DNA of 64,000 nucleotides from Chloropicon primus (lineage: Eukaryota): the NCBI GenBank assembly GCA_023205875.1, contig CP060756.1:186001-250000 (forward strand). The letters run 5' to 3'. Position numbers and translations under genes: made by a program. Below, piece by piece: positions 42,384 through 53,185 of the stretch (positions within the stretch are counted from its first letter, which is position 1; each line of letters begins with the position of its first letter). The notes beneath the pieces were generated by a model. The model was not told where the DNA came from and ran no database searches. It worked only from the letters and a program-made list of their open reading frames with translations.

Positions 42384-43222
42384 CCTGCAAAGGTGCTCTC
42401 GGTGCTTCTTCGATTCCTAATCCCGCTCGGTCGCCGCCGCCGTCGTCGTCGCAATGGAATGCGTTGGTTCCTCGTCTGTCTCTCGCCCCCTCGAGCAAGT
42501 CACACGCACCGGTCGCCGAGTCTCGGTCGTCGAGTGAGCGTAACGCTCGAGGGGGCGCCTTTTCTTTTTTGCCTCTCTTGATTTCTGCGCTGCGCTCCCG
42601 CCCCTCAATAATTTCCTTGGGATCAAGGGGTTGGAAGTCAAGATTGAGTTAGCCGCCCGCGTCCATGAATTGAAGGAAGGGAAAGGCGTGCTCATTGCGT
42701 CGTCCGCACATCCTGTGCCTTCTCCAGGACTCCTCCTCTTGCCCTCCGCTATCCATCTATCCCCTGAAACCCTCCAAAAACAACAAAGTACCTTTGATCC
42801 TGAGTTCCTGAGTGAGTGAGGAACATCGAGTCGCAATCGTGGAAGAGAAGGGAAGGGAAGGGAAGGGAAGGGAACGGTCAACGATGCGTGATCCAGCCCG
42901 GATCACTCCTCCCCTCCCCTCGTCCTCCTCCCCTCCTCTCCTCCTCTCCACAACCCAACGTCTTCCACGGAAAGAAGAATTCAAATTTTTAACGCCAGGA
43001 GAGCGAGGAGAAAGCCAAAGAGACTTTTGTTCTGGACGAACAACACCAAGGTGCAACCGGCCAGGAACACGCAAGAGGAAGCTGAAGCCTCGCCGTCGTC
43101 GTTTCCTCCTTTCTACTTGTACTACTTGTACTTCTTCTTCTCGTCCTTCCCTCTGCAGAGAGCGAGCGAGGACGAGGACCAGAGAGAGAGAGAGCGAGGA
43201 GAAAGTCATAGAGACTTTTGTT

Positions 43223-43256
<34 letters not shown>

Positions 43257-43327
43257 GGTGCTTGTGACTCCGCGCTTCATCGGGGAGAACCACCACCACC
43301 ACCACCACCATCAGGACCTTGATCAGC

Positions 43328-45856
43328 ATGACGGACAGGGGAAGGGGTGGAGCGGTGGAAGAAGAGAGCAGTATGGCCTCGGCGTCGGACTTGGCGTACA
43401 CTACGAGCGAGGAGGGGTCCCCGGGAGAGGAGTCCTCGGCCGCGGAGAGGGCGCCGGCTGGGGTGAGGCCGCCGGAGGAGCCCTTCCCGGAACAGGAGGA
43501 GGGGACCAAGGAGAACATCTGGGAGGGCGAGATGTCCAAGCTAAAGGAGGAGAAGGGTGGGGACAAGAAGCAGACGAGGGGCGGCAAGGCAAGCGCCGAG
43601 AAAGGGGCGAAGAGGCAGCTCGCCTTCAACAAGACGATGGATGACCGCGAGGTCAGCACCAGCGAGGTGTCGGCCAAGGTCTCGAGCCCCCTCAAGCTTG
43701 ACCCCACGAGCCAGGCGGAGAAAGCCCCCCAAACCAAGGGGTCGTCGTCTCCCAAGCTGCAAGCTCTCAAGGCCAGGGCAGCGGCGAGGAGGATAAGCGC
43801 CAAAGGCGGGGAAGTGTCCCGTCCAAGCACGGCTCCTGCGCCCGAGGGCAACGCGGGGAGGAGGAGGCCAAGGCGGCGGTCGAGCCACGGCCCGACGGAC
43901 GGCGAGCTCCGCACCCAAGTGGACGAGCTGGCCGACACGGTGAGGGACCTGGAGAGGGAGAAGGAGGCAGCGGAGGAGGAGATCAAGGTGCTGACGAAGA
44001 AGCACCAGGAGATCGAAGAGACGACCATCAAGCATTACGAGAGCATCATCGACAACTTGGAGAGCGAGGTGAAGACCCTCGGGGTCAAGGTGCAGGAGGC
44101 CGAGTCCTTGACTCTGAGGCAAAAGATTTTGAACGCCGAGGATTCCAGCGAGATCAATCTCAAGGAGTCTGAGTTCACTGCCCTTCGCCGGGAGATCGAG
44201 GAGCAAGAGGTGCTGCTCAAGGGGTACCAGAGCGAGAACGAGAGCGCCATCTTGAAGCTGAAGCAGATGAAGGAGGAGATGAAGGACAAGGAGGAGAAGA
44301 TGGCGGAGGAGCATGCCAGCTACGCCAGGGACCTGATTGTGCTGCAGGAGGAGAGGAGGGTGGACTCCCAAAGGACCGCGAGCTGGCTCCGCGAGAAGCT
44401 TGAGTTGCAGAAGCAGAACAACGCTCTCAAGGAGGAGCTGTACCAGTCCGAGAACAAGAACAAGACGGAAATCGAAAGGCTCCGCAGGGAGAAGCAAGAG
44501 CTCGAGGCGAAGTCTGCCGGGGTGAACCTGAAACAGATGGAAGAGGAGGAGGAGCTCGTGCGATCGGTGAAGGCGGAGATGGAGACCATGAAGAGGGAGC
44601 ACCAGAAAACCCAAGCTGAGCTCGAGAACAAGCTCAAGTGGTACACGGAGAACCAGGAATTCGTGAACCAAAACTCGGACCTCATCAAGGAGCAGCTCGA
44701 GACCATCTCGGAGCTTCAGAGGAGGCTGGCCAAGTTCGAGGGAGATGGCTCCCAGGACGGCCCAGAGGCGAGAATGACGGCAAGGATCAAGGAGCTCGAG
44801 GGCGAGGTGAAGCACCTGAACGGCCTCCTGGTGAAAAATAACCCGAACTCTCTCTCGGCCCTCATCCAGGCCTCCAAGCCAAGCGGGGAAGACCACGCCC
44901 TGATGAAGGAGCTGCGGAGCGAAGTGGAATCCCAGAAGAAGAAGAACGCCGAGCTGATGAGGAAGCACGAGTCTCAGCTCAGGGCTCTGAGGCAGCAGCA
45001 CGAGAAAGCCAGGATCCAGGATCGGGAAACGAGGCAGGGTGGTCGGGTCAAGGAGCTGAACAAGCAGCTCGAGGATGTGAGGTCCCACTACAGCAAGAAG
45101 GTGAAGACCCTAGAGAAGCAGCTGCTTGGCGTGAAGAGGGAGAAGAGCCACTACCAGGAGACCCTCAGGGAAGAGAGGAGGCAGTCCAGGCTGTCGGAAA
45201 GCTCCCACACCGAGAACAACGACAAGGAGCTTGCCATGATCCAGTCCCTGAAGATCGAACTGGAGCAGGCCAAGGACGAGCGAGAGCAGCTCAGGGCCGA
45301 GCTCCACCAGACCAAGGCGACCGTGCCGGCTCAGGCCGATGCGATGCAGAGGCTCCACATGCAAGTCCAAGACCTCACCGAAAAGCTGAACGAGCTCGGT
45401 CAGGCAGGTTCACTCCCGATGCACCAGCACCAGCAGGGCCAGGTGTACAACCCGCCGCTCATGCTCCAGCAGCAGCAGCAGCAGCAGCAGCAGGTCTTTG
45501 GGGGGCATTTCCCCAAGGAGAATGTCATGGACCAGGCCAACGTGGTGAACAGGATGAGGCAGCTGGAGAGCGAGCTTGCGTACCTCAAGGGCGGAAGCAC
45601 GAAGCCCAGCTACTCGCCCGAGTACATCGTCCTGGAAGAGAAGCTCGCTCAGATGGACGCTCGGCAAATCGCGAGGGAAGAGCAGTGGCGCGCAGTCATG
45701 GAGGAGACCAAGAACCTGGCAAGCTTGCAGCAGAACGTCCTCAACCAAAAGTGGGAGCTCGCGATTCGAGCGAAGAATGCCGAGATCGACCGCTTCAGGA
45801 CCGAACTGGATGCCATCCTCTTCGACGTCTCGAATCTGCAGAGGAGAAAGGTTTAG
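43328..45856 (+). CDS. CEP162: Centrosomal protein 162 (QN1) homologue, long coiled coil
   Basis: LLKGYQSENE, KLKWYTENQE, NPNSLSALI and C-terminal KNAEIDRFRTELDAIL match CEP162 conserved blocks as I recall them. Confidence 0.8.
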   Translation: MTDRGRGGAVEEESSMASASDLAYTTSEEGSPGEESSAAERAPAGVRPPEEPFPEQEEGTKENIWEGEMSKLKEEKGGDKKQTRGGKASAEKGAKRQLAFNKTMDDREVSTSEVSAKVSSPLKLDPTSQAEKAPQTKGSSSPKLQALKARAAARRISAKGGEVSRPSTAPAPEGNAGRRRPRRRSSHGPTDGELRTQVDELADTVRDLEREKEAAEEEIKVLTKKHQEIEETTIKHYESIIDNLESEVKTLGVKVQEAESLTLRQKILNAEDSSEINLKESEFTALRREIEEQEVLLKGYQSENESAILKLKQMKEEMKDKEEKMAEEHASYARDLIVLQEERRVDSQRTASWLREKLELQKQNNALKEELYQSENKNKTEIERLRREKQELEAKSAGVNLKQMEEEEELVRSVKAEMETMKREHQKTQAELENKLKWYTENQEFVNQNSDLIKEQLETISELQRRLAKFEGDGSQDGPEARMTARIKELEGEVKHLNGLLVKNNPNSLSALIQASKPSGEDHALMKELRSEVESQKKKNAELMRKHESQLRALRQQHEKARIQDRETRQGGRVKELNKQLEDVRSHYSKKVKTLEKQLLGVKREKSHYQETLREERRQSRLSESSHTENNDKELAMIQSLKIELEQAKDEREQLRAELHQTKATVPAQADAMQRLHMQVQDLTEKLNELGQAGSLPMHQHQQGQVYNPPLMLQQQQQQQQQVFGGHFPKENVMDQANVVNRMRQLESELAYLKGGSTKPSYSPEYIVLEEKLAQMDARQIAREEQWRAVMEETKNLASLQQNVLNQKWELAIRAKNAEIDRFRTELDAILFDVSNLQRRKV

Positions 45857-46068
45857 GATTTTTATCAAAAAGGTTGTTAATATTAAATATATATAAATAT
45901 ATGGTATGAATTTTAAGGAAAGCAACTCGGAGGAACTTCACGCAGCCACAAGCGTGCACGACCGCCGTCCCTCTGCCTGCCCGCGATTGTCCATGGCCAT
46001 GGCCAACCCAAAGGTTTTGGCCCTCAGCCACAAAATCTGGATCTCGAGGATCAGGATCAGGACAGGAG

Positions 46069-46632
46069 ATGGCGTCGTCCCTGCAGCTGCAGCGCACTGC
46101 GGTGCACGAAGGTCGCGCGTGTCACCGACCACGGCGTCGCCTGCAGGGGTTTGCGGCGAGGTCCCAGGGTGCAGGCCACGAAGCGACCGCGAGCACAGCA
46201 CCAACGCAGGCGCCAGCACAAACAAATCGGAGAACGTCACTGATGATGATGTGGTTCTGCTCCCCGGTGCTGGCATCCGGCACGGCGGTTGCTGCGGGGG
46301 AGGAGGGGGGCGTGGGCGCCACCGCCGATGGTTCGGGGCAGCCGCCGGTGGCGTTCGAGCCAGAGGTGCGCGGATCAGACGTCGCGGTCTTCGTCGCAGG
46401 CGTGATCCCGTTCGCATGGGCGACGGGCTCTTTCTGGACGCGTGTGCTCAAAGGAGAAGTTTTTGGCACTGGGCGAGACAGGGTCGTGTTCGACCAACCG
46501 TTCAGCGACAATGGCGCAAAGCCGGGGGCGAGGAAGCTGACTTCGGCTGCGTTGAACGTATCCTACGCGCTCTTCATCATTGCCGGTGGCTCCCTGGCCC
46601 TTGCCTTAGTCGCATTCCTTCAGGCAAAATGA
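46069..46632 (+). CDS. Small probable plastid membrane protein
   Basis: Transit-peptide-like N-terminus; two TMs (VAVFVAGVIPFAWAT, YALFIIAGGSLALALVAF); FGTGRDRVVF; TGTAA at about 46666. Confidence 0.65.
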   Translation: MASSLQLQRTAVHEGRACHRPRRRLQGFAARSQGAGHEATASTAPTQAPAQTNRRTSLMMMWFCSPVLASGTAVAAGEEGGVGATADGSGQPPVAFEPEVRGSDVAVFVAGVIPFAWATGSFWTRVLKGEVFGTGRDRVVFDQPFSDNGAKPGARKLTSAALNVSYALFIIAGGSLALALVAFLQAK

Positions 46633-46691
46633 TGGACAACAGGCTTGCTTGCTACTTTCCTATCTTGTAAGTGTACACCATATACATAATT

Positions 46692-49600
46692 TTACTTGCC
46701 CCCCCCCTTCCTCGATCCCTTCGCCTTCTTCCTCGAGGGCTCCTCCACCGCGACCTCCTCCACCGCCATGTCGTCGTCCCCGTCGTCAGCTTTCCTCTTC
46801 TTGAGCTTCGACACGGCCTTCTCTATCCGCTTGGAGCGGAACTTGGCGAAGCGCTCGCTGAAGCTGAAGAAGGAATCGAGCCTCAGCTGCATCTCTTGTG
46901 CCTCGTAAGCCTTCAGAACTGGCTCCAGGAGCTCCCGCGTCTTCTCCGTGGGCCAAGAGAATTTGCCCGCGCAGAAGGCCAGGAGGTGCTGCATGTCTGG
47001 CCGCCCCCACCGGAAGCTGTCTTTGGACAGGTCGATCTTTGGGGACCGGTACTCTTGCATCACCTTCTCGCTTGGGAAATCGCTAGGAATGTCCCAATTC
47101 TTTCGGACGGCAGAGTGCTTCCTCATGAACTCGGTGGTGCCCTCCTCGCTCGGCGGTTTCTTGCTGTACTGGAGCCGGTTGTCAAACTTCTCGACCCATT
47201 CCTTAAACTTCTTCAGACCTTGCACTCCAGGAAATTCGTTCACAATCTCGATCGCGTTGACGATGCCGACGCCGTAGACCCCCTCCGTGTAGTCACTGCC
47301 CAGGAGCAGGGCCAACTCGATCAAGTTCTCCCGGGACAAGGCAAGCTCCTTCGCGATGTCGCTCATGCGATACTCTTCCACGTACTTCTTGCCCTCAAAA
47401 ATGTTTCTGTACACGCTGGTTGCCCCGAAGAGAAACGCGTCCGAGTCATCTGTCACTACCCCGTCCACAAGGCCCTCCTTGTTCAGGTAAGCACACTGCG
47501 CTTCAGCTTCCATCGGGGCGATAATGTAAGGAATACCAAAGATGGTGAGCAGCTCTTGGCACTCCGCGTACATCTCCGCCGTAGGCTCGTCCGCGTATCT
47601 TACAGTTCGCTTGTACTCCTCTGTAAGCTTCTCAATGTCTTCGTCCACGTGCTTGAGCTCCCTTTCCATGGTTTCCATGTTCGCCCGGCTGTTCTGTTGC
47701 TTGGGCTGCTGCTGCGGGCGAGTGGCGTTAGGTTCCTCGGCAGGTTCCGCTTCCGGAGAATCCCTCAAATCCACCACCTCGCCCACTTCAACCTCGCGTG
47801 ATCCAAGCACTGGTCCTTCCTCCTCGCCAACCACACCGTCCGAAATCGCGGCCTCCGCGGCTTCAGCTTCAGCGCCCTCATCCTCATCCCGACTGTCAAC
47901 CAAATCGATCACGTTATCGCTCGATGGCTCGGGGGCACTTGCAGCTGGGGAGGGCGACACCACCACTGCTTCTTCTTTGGCGACAGCATCCTTATCTGCC
48001 ACATCGTGTCCTTCAGAGGATTCCTTCGCTGGAATTGCAACAATCTCTCCCTCTGAACTGCATTTCGCCACTCGTTTCTTCTCTACCTTTGTGCGGTCCG
48101 CTCTCGGCATGGCAACTGGTTCCTGCCCCTGCACTCCGCCCGACCCACCCCCCGTTCCCCCCAATCCTGCACTCCCCTCCCGCTGCCGATTCTCAACGTC
48201 CTCGGTGAGCGCGTCATCTCTCCGCAGCGGAGCTTGGGCATCATCTACATGCTGCTCGGAAGCTTTCTCCTGTTCCCCACGTTCCTCGGGCCCGGAGGAC
48301 GGGTCTTCCTTCGCAGGTTCTGCGCCTCCACTCGAACCTCCTATGGCAGTTATCGCGAAATCCCCCCCTTCCCCGAGTTCCTTGCACTTCGTCCCGTCCA
48401 CTGCATCTTCAAAGACCAAGTCACTGTCAGACTCGTCTCCGCCTTCGTTCGGCATCTCGGCCTGGCTCAGCTCAATGGCCTTCGCAAGCTCGCGATCTTC
48501 GATCTCGCGGGGTCCTTTGCTATCCTTTAGGCTCATCTCGATCGCGCGTTCCAGTTCAAAGTTCTCGATATCCTTCCCGCTCGGCCCTTGGGGCTTGGCT
48601 TTCTTATCTTGCTCAGACCAGTCCCCCAGCTTGCGGCCCATCTGAAATCCGTGGGTCCTGCTCCAGAACTTTTGCCTCTCTGCCGCTCTCTGGCGCCAGT
48701 GGACCGGTGCCGCCTGCTGACCCCTCGGCACCTCTGGCCGCACTGCCGCGCTTGCGTCCTCCACCGGCTCCCACTCGACGCCGTCACTCTCATGAGAGGT
48801 GTCATCAGAGCCGAACCCCAAGTCGTCATCCGAGCTCGATTCCTTGTCCCTTTTCAGCTCTACTTTGATATCCAGGTCGAGGCCCTCTCTCTCTGAGCCC
48901 CCTTGCGCCTGGCCACGCTTTGCGGGCGCGTTTTCCTCTCGCGGAGGATCGCTCAGGAAGAGGGAGGAGGGCCCCGCCTCGTCACGCGACCCGCCCATGA
49001 TGATGCTGGAGCTCCCAGGTAGAGAAGTGTCCACCGGGGTGGTTTTGAGTATGTACTCCCGGTCTCTCTCCGATGCGATGCGCTTGCCTTTCCCTTTCCC
49101 ACTGTGCACCGCATTCATCTGGTCCTTGATGCCATCCATCTGCTTCCTGAAGGAGCAACCTTGCAGGTACGTCTCGAACTGCAAGTTTGAAAAATTTGAA
49201 GGAGCGCTCGACGCCCTGTGAAACCTCTCCCTGTTCTCCGACGTCTTCTGCTCCCTCATCTTCTCCATCACCTCAAGCTGAATCGAGGGGGGCAGAGTCG
49301 ACAGCACCGTCGGGTCGACCGAGTTCATGTCATCCGGAAGGAGGAACTCCCCTTCGTCGTCGTCCGACAGGACTTCCACGACATCCTCCTCGTAGCCCTC
49401 CTTGCGCTTCTGCCGCGGCTTCTCAGGTTCACGAGGGGCACTCTGCTTTGGCGGTTTCGGCTTCCCGCTCGATTCCCCACCCTTGGGCTGCACGCCCACC
49501 ACGCGAGTTGCCGCCATAGCCTTCTCCAGCGCGTGCTTCTTGAGCTGCGAGAGGAGCAGCTTCTCCGCGGTCTTCTTCAGCCTCACCCCCTGCTGCTCCC

Positions 49601-49883
49601 GCCTTCGCCTCCTCGCCGCCGTCGTGGCCCTCTTCAGCGCCGGCGTAGCACCGTCGAACACGAACACGGGCCTCACCTTGTTGAACAGCAGCTTGCAGAT
49701 CCTCCTGAAGAAACCCAAGACGTGGGCATTCCTCAGCTGCTCCCCCTTCTCGTTCCTCATCGCGGCCAGGAATTGCACGAGCCATATCGACGCGTCCACC
49801 GCAAGCTTCCGATTCGACAGCGCCTCGACCGACACCCTCTTCCCGCACGGCTCCAGCAATGTCCAAAGACCCTGCACTCCCAT
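46692..49883 (-). CDS. UVH3: XPG/RAD2-family NER endonuclease (UVH3)
   Basis: MGVQGLWTLLEP, LAVDASIW, VFVFDGATPALK, PYIIAPMEAEAQCA, TDDSDAFLFG, LLGSDYTEG, QLRLDSFF (PIP box). Confidence 0.96.
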   Translation of the reverse strand: MGVQGLWTLLEPCGKRVSVEALSNRKLAVDASIWLVQFLAAMRNEKGEQLRNAHVLGFFRRICKLLFNKVRPVFVFDGATPALKRATTAARRRRREQQGVRLKKTAEKLLLSQLKKHALEKAMAATRVVGVQPKGGESSGKPKPPKQSAPREPEKPRQKRKEGYEEDVVEVLSDDDEGEFLLPDDMNSVDPTVLSTLPPSIQLEVMEKMREQKTSENRERFHRASSAPSNFSNLQFETYLQGCSFRKQMDGIKDQMNAVHSGKGKGKRIASERDREYILKTTPVDTSLPGSSSIIMGGSRDEAGPSSLFLSDPPREENAPAKRGQAQGGSEREGLDLDIKVELKRDKESSSDDDLGFGSDDTSHESDGVEWEPVEDASAAVRPEVPRGQQAAPVHWRQRAAERQKFWSRTHGFQMGRKLGDWSEQDKKAKPQGPSGKDIENFELERAIEMSLKDSKGPREIEDRELAKAIELSQAEMPNEGGDESDSDLVFEDAVDGTKCKELGEGGDFAITAIGGSSGGAEPAKEDPSSGPEERGEQEKASEQHVDDAQAPLRRDDALTEDVENRQREGSAGLGGTGGGSGGVQGQEPVAMPRADRTKVEKKRVAKCSSEGEIVAIPAKESSEGHDVADKDAVAKEEAVVVSPSPAASAPEPSSDNVIDLVDSRDEDEGAEAEAAEAAISDGVVGEEEGPVLGSREVEVGEVVDLRDSPEAEPAEEPNATRPQQQPKQQNSRANMETMERELKHVDEDIEKLTEEYKRTVRYADEPTAEMYAECQELLTIFGIPYIIAPMEAEAQCAYLNKEGLVDGVVTDDSDAFLFGATSVYRNIFEGKKYVEEYRMSDIAKELALSRENLIELALLLGSDYTEGVYGVGIVNAIEIVNEFPGVQGLKKFKEWVEKFDNRLQYSKKPPSEEGTTEFMRKHSAVRKNWDIPSDFPSEKVMQEYRSPKIDLSKDSFRWGRPDMQHLLAFCAGKFSWPTEKTRELLEPVLKAYEAQEMQLRLDSFFSFSERFAKFRSKRIEKAVSKLKKRKADDGDDDMAVEEVAVEEPSRKKAKGSRKGGGK

Positions 49884-50205
49884 CCCATTCAAACTCCTCG
49901 CGGGATCGAGACCAAGACACGGCCTGTTCTCCTCCTGTCCCCACCACAACAGAGGTAAGCCAAGCCAAGCGAAACGCAAGAGAGGCGAGCCGGAGCGAGA
50001 GCGAGGGGATCAAGCCGATCGCTCGACGCGCTTGCCCTTTGGTCCTCCGCTCCTTCGCTCTCTCTCTTCTGAGATCTGCTCCTCTGCTCTGCCACTGCCA
50101 CACGGAGGAGAGAGAGGGGAACGAAGGCCGAGGCGACGCGTTCACGAGGAGGGGAGGGCAGGGAAGGTGGGTCCATTGAAAGGGCATCTCACGAGCTTCC
50201 CAAAC

Positions 50206-50703
50206 ATGCCTCGCTCGACTCGTGTGACGCTCGGGAACGCTGGAGACCTCGGAAAGAGGTGCACGACAAGCTCAAGAAGGAGGCCTTGGCCTTGCTCTCG
50301 TCAGAGGGAGGGACGACGGGAGGCGTCGAGAGGTCGTCGAGAGAACGTCGATGGCCTTGCCAGGAGCAGCGCTCGAGATGATCGGGGTGTCGATGTTCCT
50401 CCTTCACCAGAGGATTATTCGATGTGGCAATCAAAGCCAGGTTGGTGCCAGCCGTGGACTGTGCTGTCCACTGGAGTTGTTCTGACGCTTGTTTCCAACA
50501 GAGTGAGTCACTGGTTGGCGGGCATCACGGGATGGGGAGCCTTGGGTTACGCGTGGGTGCCTGTTGCGCTCGGGGTGATCGTTTGGTGGTACCTGTTCTT
50601 GGTGCTGTTGCCGGCTGCAGTGAGGGAGGACTATGCAGAGCAGTACGCGAGGTGGGTGGCAATGCAACGACAGGAGACACCCGAGTCGGGAGACGTCAAC
50701 TGA
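50206..50703 (+). CDS. Conserved green-lineage membrane protein
   Basis: MWQSKPGWCQPWTVLSTG...WWYLFLVLLP resembles a plant/cyanobacterial DUF; ATG at 50206. Confidence 0.7.
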   Translation: MPRSTRVTLGNAGDLGKRCTTSSRRRPWPCSRQREGRREASRGRRENVDGLARSSARDDRGVDVPPSPEDYSMWQSKPGWCQPWTVLSTGVVLTLVSNRVSHWLAGITGWGALGYAWVPVALGVIVWWYLFLVLLPAAVREDYAEQYARWVAMQRQETPESGDVN

Positions 50704-50777
50704 CTGAGGCACTGCGCGCCTCAGCCCCAGTTATGAAGTGTATTTATGTTAATTACTGCTGTTGTACAATTACTATA

Positions 50778-52610
50778 TCATCTGAACATCACGAGCACGA
50801 GCGCGAAGAGTGAGGTCACTACAACGGCAGAGCAATCGATGGCATAGCCCCACCTCTGCGAGGACTTGAGCGTCTTCTCAGCGCTTGGGCCCGAGGCGAC
50901 GAATGCCTTTGCCTCTTCCCCTTCCACGGTGACTGTGAGTCCATCGCCGCAAGAATCGTTGGGTCTCAGTCTCACCATCTCCAACGAGCTGCCCGCACAC
51001 TCTTCGTAGATTCCCTCTCTCCTCAGCGTCCCGTACAGCCTCTTCGAGAACGTCAGCTTGGACACGTCCTTCGGCTCCCGACCGCCTCTGGTGTTCCAGT
51101 AGCTCCAGCCTAGCATGACCAAGGAAGAGAGAACGAAGTTGAGCGCGGAGAAGTGCAAGAAGTTCATCTGGACGAAAACGTTCTTTTCCCTTGAAGCCAC
51201 GCCACCCAATTCTCCGACAAGCTCTAGCAGAAACCGCAAGACACCGATTCCGATTCCCGATAAGAGGCAGAGGAGAGCTCCTCTCTCGTTGGCGTACTTG
51301 TCATCGAGCACCACGCCCCAGAAGAAAAGGCAGAAGAGCGGTGGGGCAAAGTAGGAGGGTGGTTTCTGGACCCACAGGAAGATCTGGTCCCCCAGCAGCG
51401 GGATGATTGGAAGCCAAGCGCAGCTCAGGCACGCAACAATGACGACCGCCACTCGCCCCACCCACACTAGCTCCCTCTCTGTCGTGCTGGGCCTGTACTT
51501 CTTGTACACGTCCAGCGTGAAGATGGTGGAGCAGCTGTTGAAGACGCTTGCCAGCGAGCTCATCAGAGCGCTGACCATGGCAGAGACGATAATCCCCCTC
51601 GTGTTATTTGGCATGACGTTCATAACGAGCCAAGAGAACGCCCGGTCGTACTCAGAGCGCTCACTCTCGGCGTTCAAGACGCCTCGATCCCTCATCAGCT
51701 GGAAAGCGATCATGCCTGGCATCACCATGATGAAGCCGGGGAGGAGCTTGAGGTACGCAGCTGCGAGGCACCCAGCCCTGCCATGCTGTACCGTGCGGGC
51801 CGCGATCGCTCTTTGGACAATCACTTGATCGTTGCACCAATACCACAGGCTCGTGACGAAGTAGCCCGTGAAGAAGCCAGTCCAAGGAAACTCGGCGTCG
51901 CCGGGGGGGCGAAGCATGGAGAAGTAGTGGGGCTTCTCGGGGAATGTCGTCTGTCCCAAAAACGAGAAAAGGCCTCCCACCTCGGAGCTCGAGATTCCGA
52001 GAAGCAGAAAACCGCCGATGAAGAGGATGATCGTCTGCAAGGCTTCCGTGTATATAACAGCGGAAAGACCCCCTGTCACGGTGTACAGCGCCGTACCAAC
52101 GATGAGCAGCCCCACCGAAATCCAACCCCCAACCTGCAAAGTTTCCGCCAAAATCAATTGACCGGCATACAGGGTGGCTGAGATCTTCGTCAGGACGTAG
52201 AGTGCCAAGGACAGCGTGACCAAGGTCGTTCCGCACGCCGCGTTGTACCTCTGCTCCAGCCAGCTCGGCATCGTAGTGACTTTGGAAGATATGTAGACCG
52301 GGAGGAATAGATAGGCCAGGACCAACAGGCAAAGGACCGCCCCGAACTCGTAGAAGCTGACGGCAATGCCACTGTACGCAGCAAGGCCCGCCAATCCCAC
52401 AAAGTGCTCAGCGCCGATATTCGACGAGAACAGCGAAGCTGCCACTGCCCACCAGCTGACAGCTCTGTTGGCAAGGAAGTAGGTCGATTGACCGCCTCCT
52501 TGTTTCGATTGCCTCTTCGTCGCATAGACTCCGACACCGAGCAGCGCCACGAAGTACAACACCAGCGTCACGCCGTCCACCACGCTGAGACTCCTCCCCT
52601 CTTGGTCCAT
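50778..52610 (-). CDS. Sodium:solute symporter (SLC5, SGLT/SMIT-like)
   Basis: YFLANR, ASLFSSNIGAEHFVGLAG, YTVTGGLSAVIYT, WYWCNDQVIVQR, ALMSSLASVFNSCSTIFTLDVY. Confidence 0.93.
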   Translation of the reverse strand: MDQEGRSLSVVDGVTLVLYFVALLGVGVYATKRQSKQGGGQSTYFLANRAVSWWAVAASLFSSNIGAEHFVGLAGLAAYSGIAVSFYEFGAVLCLLVLAYLFLPVYISSKVTTMPSWLEQRYNAACGTTLVTLSLALYVLTKISATLYAGQLILAETLQVGGWISVGLLIVGTALYTVTGGLSAVIYTEALQTIILFIGGFLLLGISSSEVGGLFSFLGQTTFPEKPHYFSMLRPPGDAEFPWTGFFTGYFVTSLWYWCNDQVIVQRAIAARTVQHGRAGCLAAAYLKLLPGFIMVMPGMIAFQLMRDRGVLNAESERSEYDRAFSWLVMNVMPNNTRGIIVSAMVSALMSSLASVFNSCSTIFTLDVYKKYRPSTTERELVWVGRVAVVIVACLSCAWLPIIPLLGDQIFLWVQKPPSYFAPPLFCLFFWGVVLDDKYANERGALLCLLSGIGIGVLRFLLELVGELGGVASREKNVFVQMNFLHFSALNFVLSSLVMLGWSYWNTRGGREPKDVSKLTFSKRLYGTLRREGIYEECAGSSLEMVRLRPNDSCGDGLTVTVEGEEAKAFVASGPSAEKTLKSSQRWGYAIDCSAVVVTSLFALVLVMFR

Positions 52611-52870
52611 ACCGCGGCGATGCTACAGTGCGCCAGCCATTCTCTCTGATCTGTCAAGCAGCAGCAGCTTCCAATCTCGCTCAAATCCCCACCACGTGGT
52701 CGTTTCCCTCGACCAAGGAGTCCACGGAAAGCCAAAGAGACCCTCCTTCGTCGTAGACCCCTCTCTCTCTCTCCCTCTCCCTCCTTGTCTCTTCCCAGCC
52801 TGCCTCTCTCTCGTCTCTCTGATCTATCCCTGGGCGGGAAAAGCTCAAACGGCAGAGGCAGAGGCAGAGG

Positions 52871-53185
52871 ATGCTGTCGTCGACAGTGAGGGCGGTGAAG
52901 ACGACGCTAGGAGGAGTGAGGGGCGTGAGGATGGCGGTGACGGTGGCACAAGTGGAGCAGAAGCTGAAGGAGGCTTTGCAGGCGCAAGAGATCGAGGTGT
53001 TTGATACCTCGGGAGGATGCGGGGCGAGCTTCGAGGTCAGTCTGCTCGTGTCGGAACAGTTCGAGGGTAAGAGGGCGCTGCAGAGGCACAGGTTGATCAA
53101 CGGGGTGCTCGCGGAGGAGCTCAAGGAGATCCACGCGCTCAGCATCAAGAAGACATTGACGCCGGAGGAGTTCAAAACCAAGTGA
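52871..53185 (+). CDS. BOLA2: BolA-like protein (BolA2 type)
   Basis: DTSGGCGASF, VSEQFEGK, RHRLIN, IHALSIK. An alternative start at ATG 52931 would give the short cytosolic form. Confidence 0.9.
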   Translation: MLSSTVRAVKTTLGGVRGVRMAVTVAQVEQKLKEALQAQEIEVFDTSGGCGASFEVSLLVSEQFEGKRALQRHRLINGVLAEELKEIHALSIKKTLTPEEFKTK

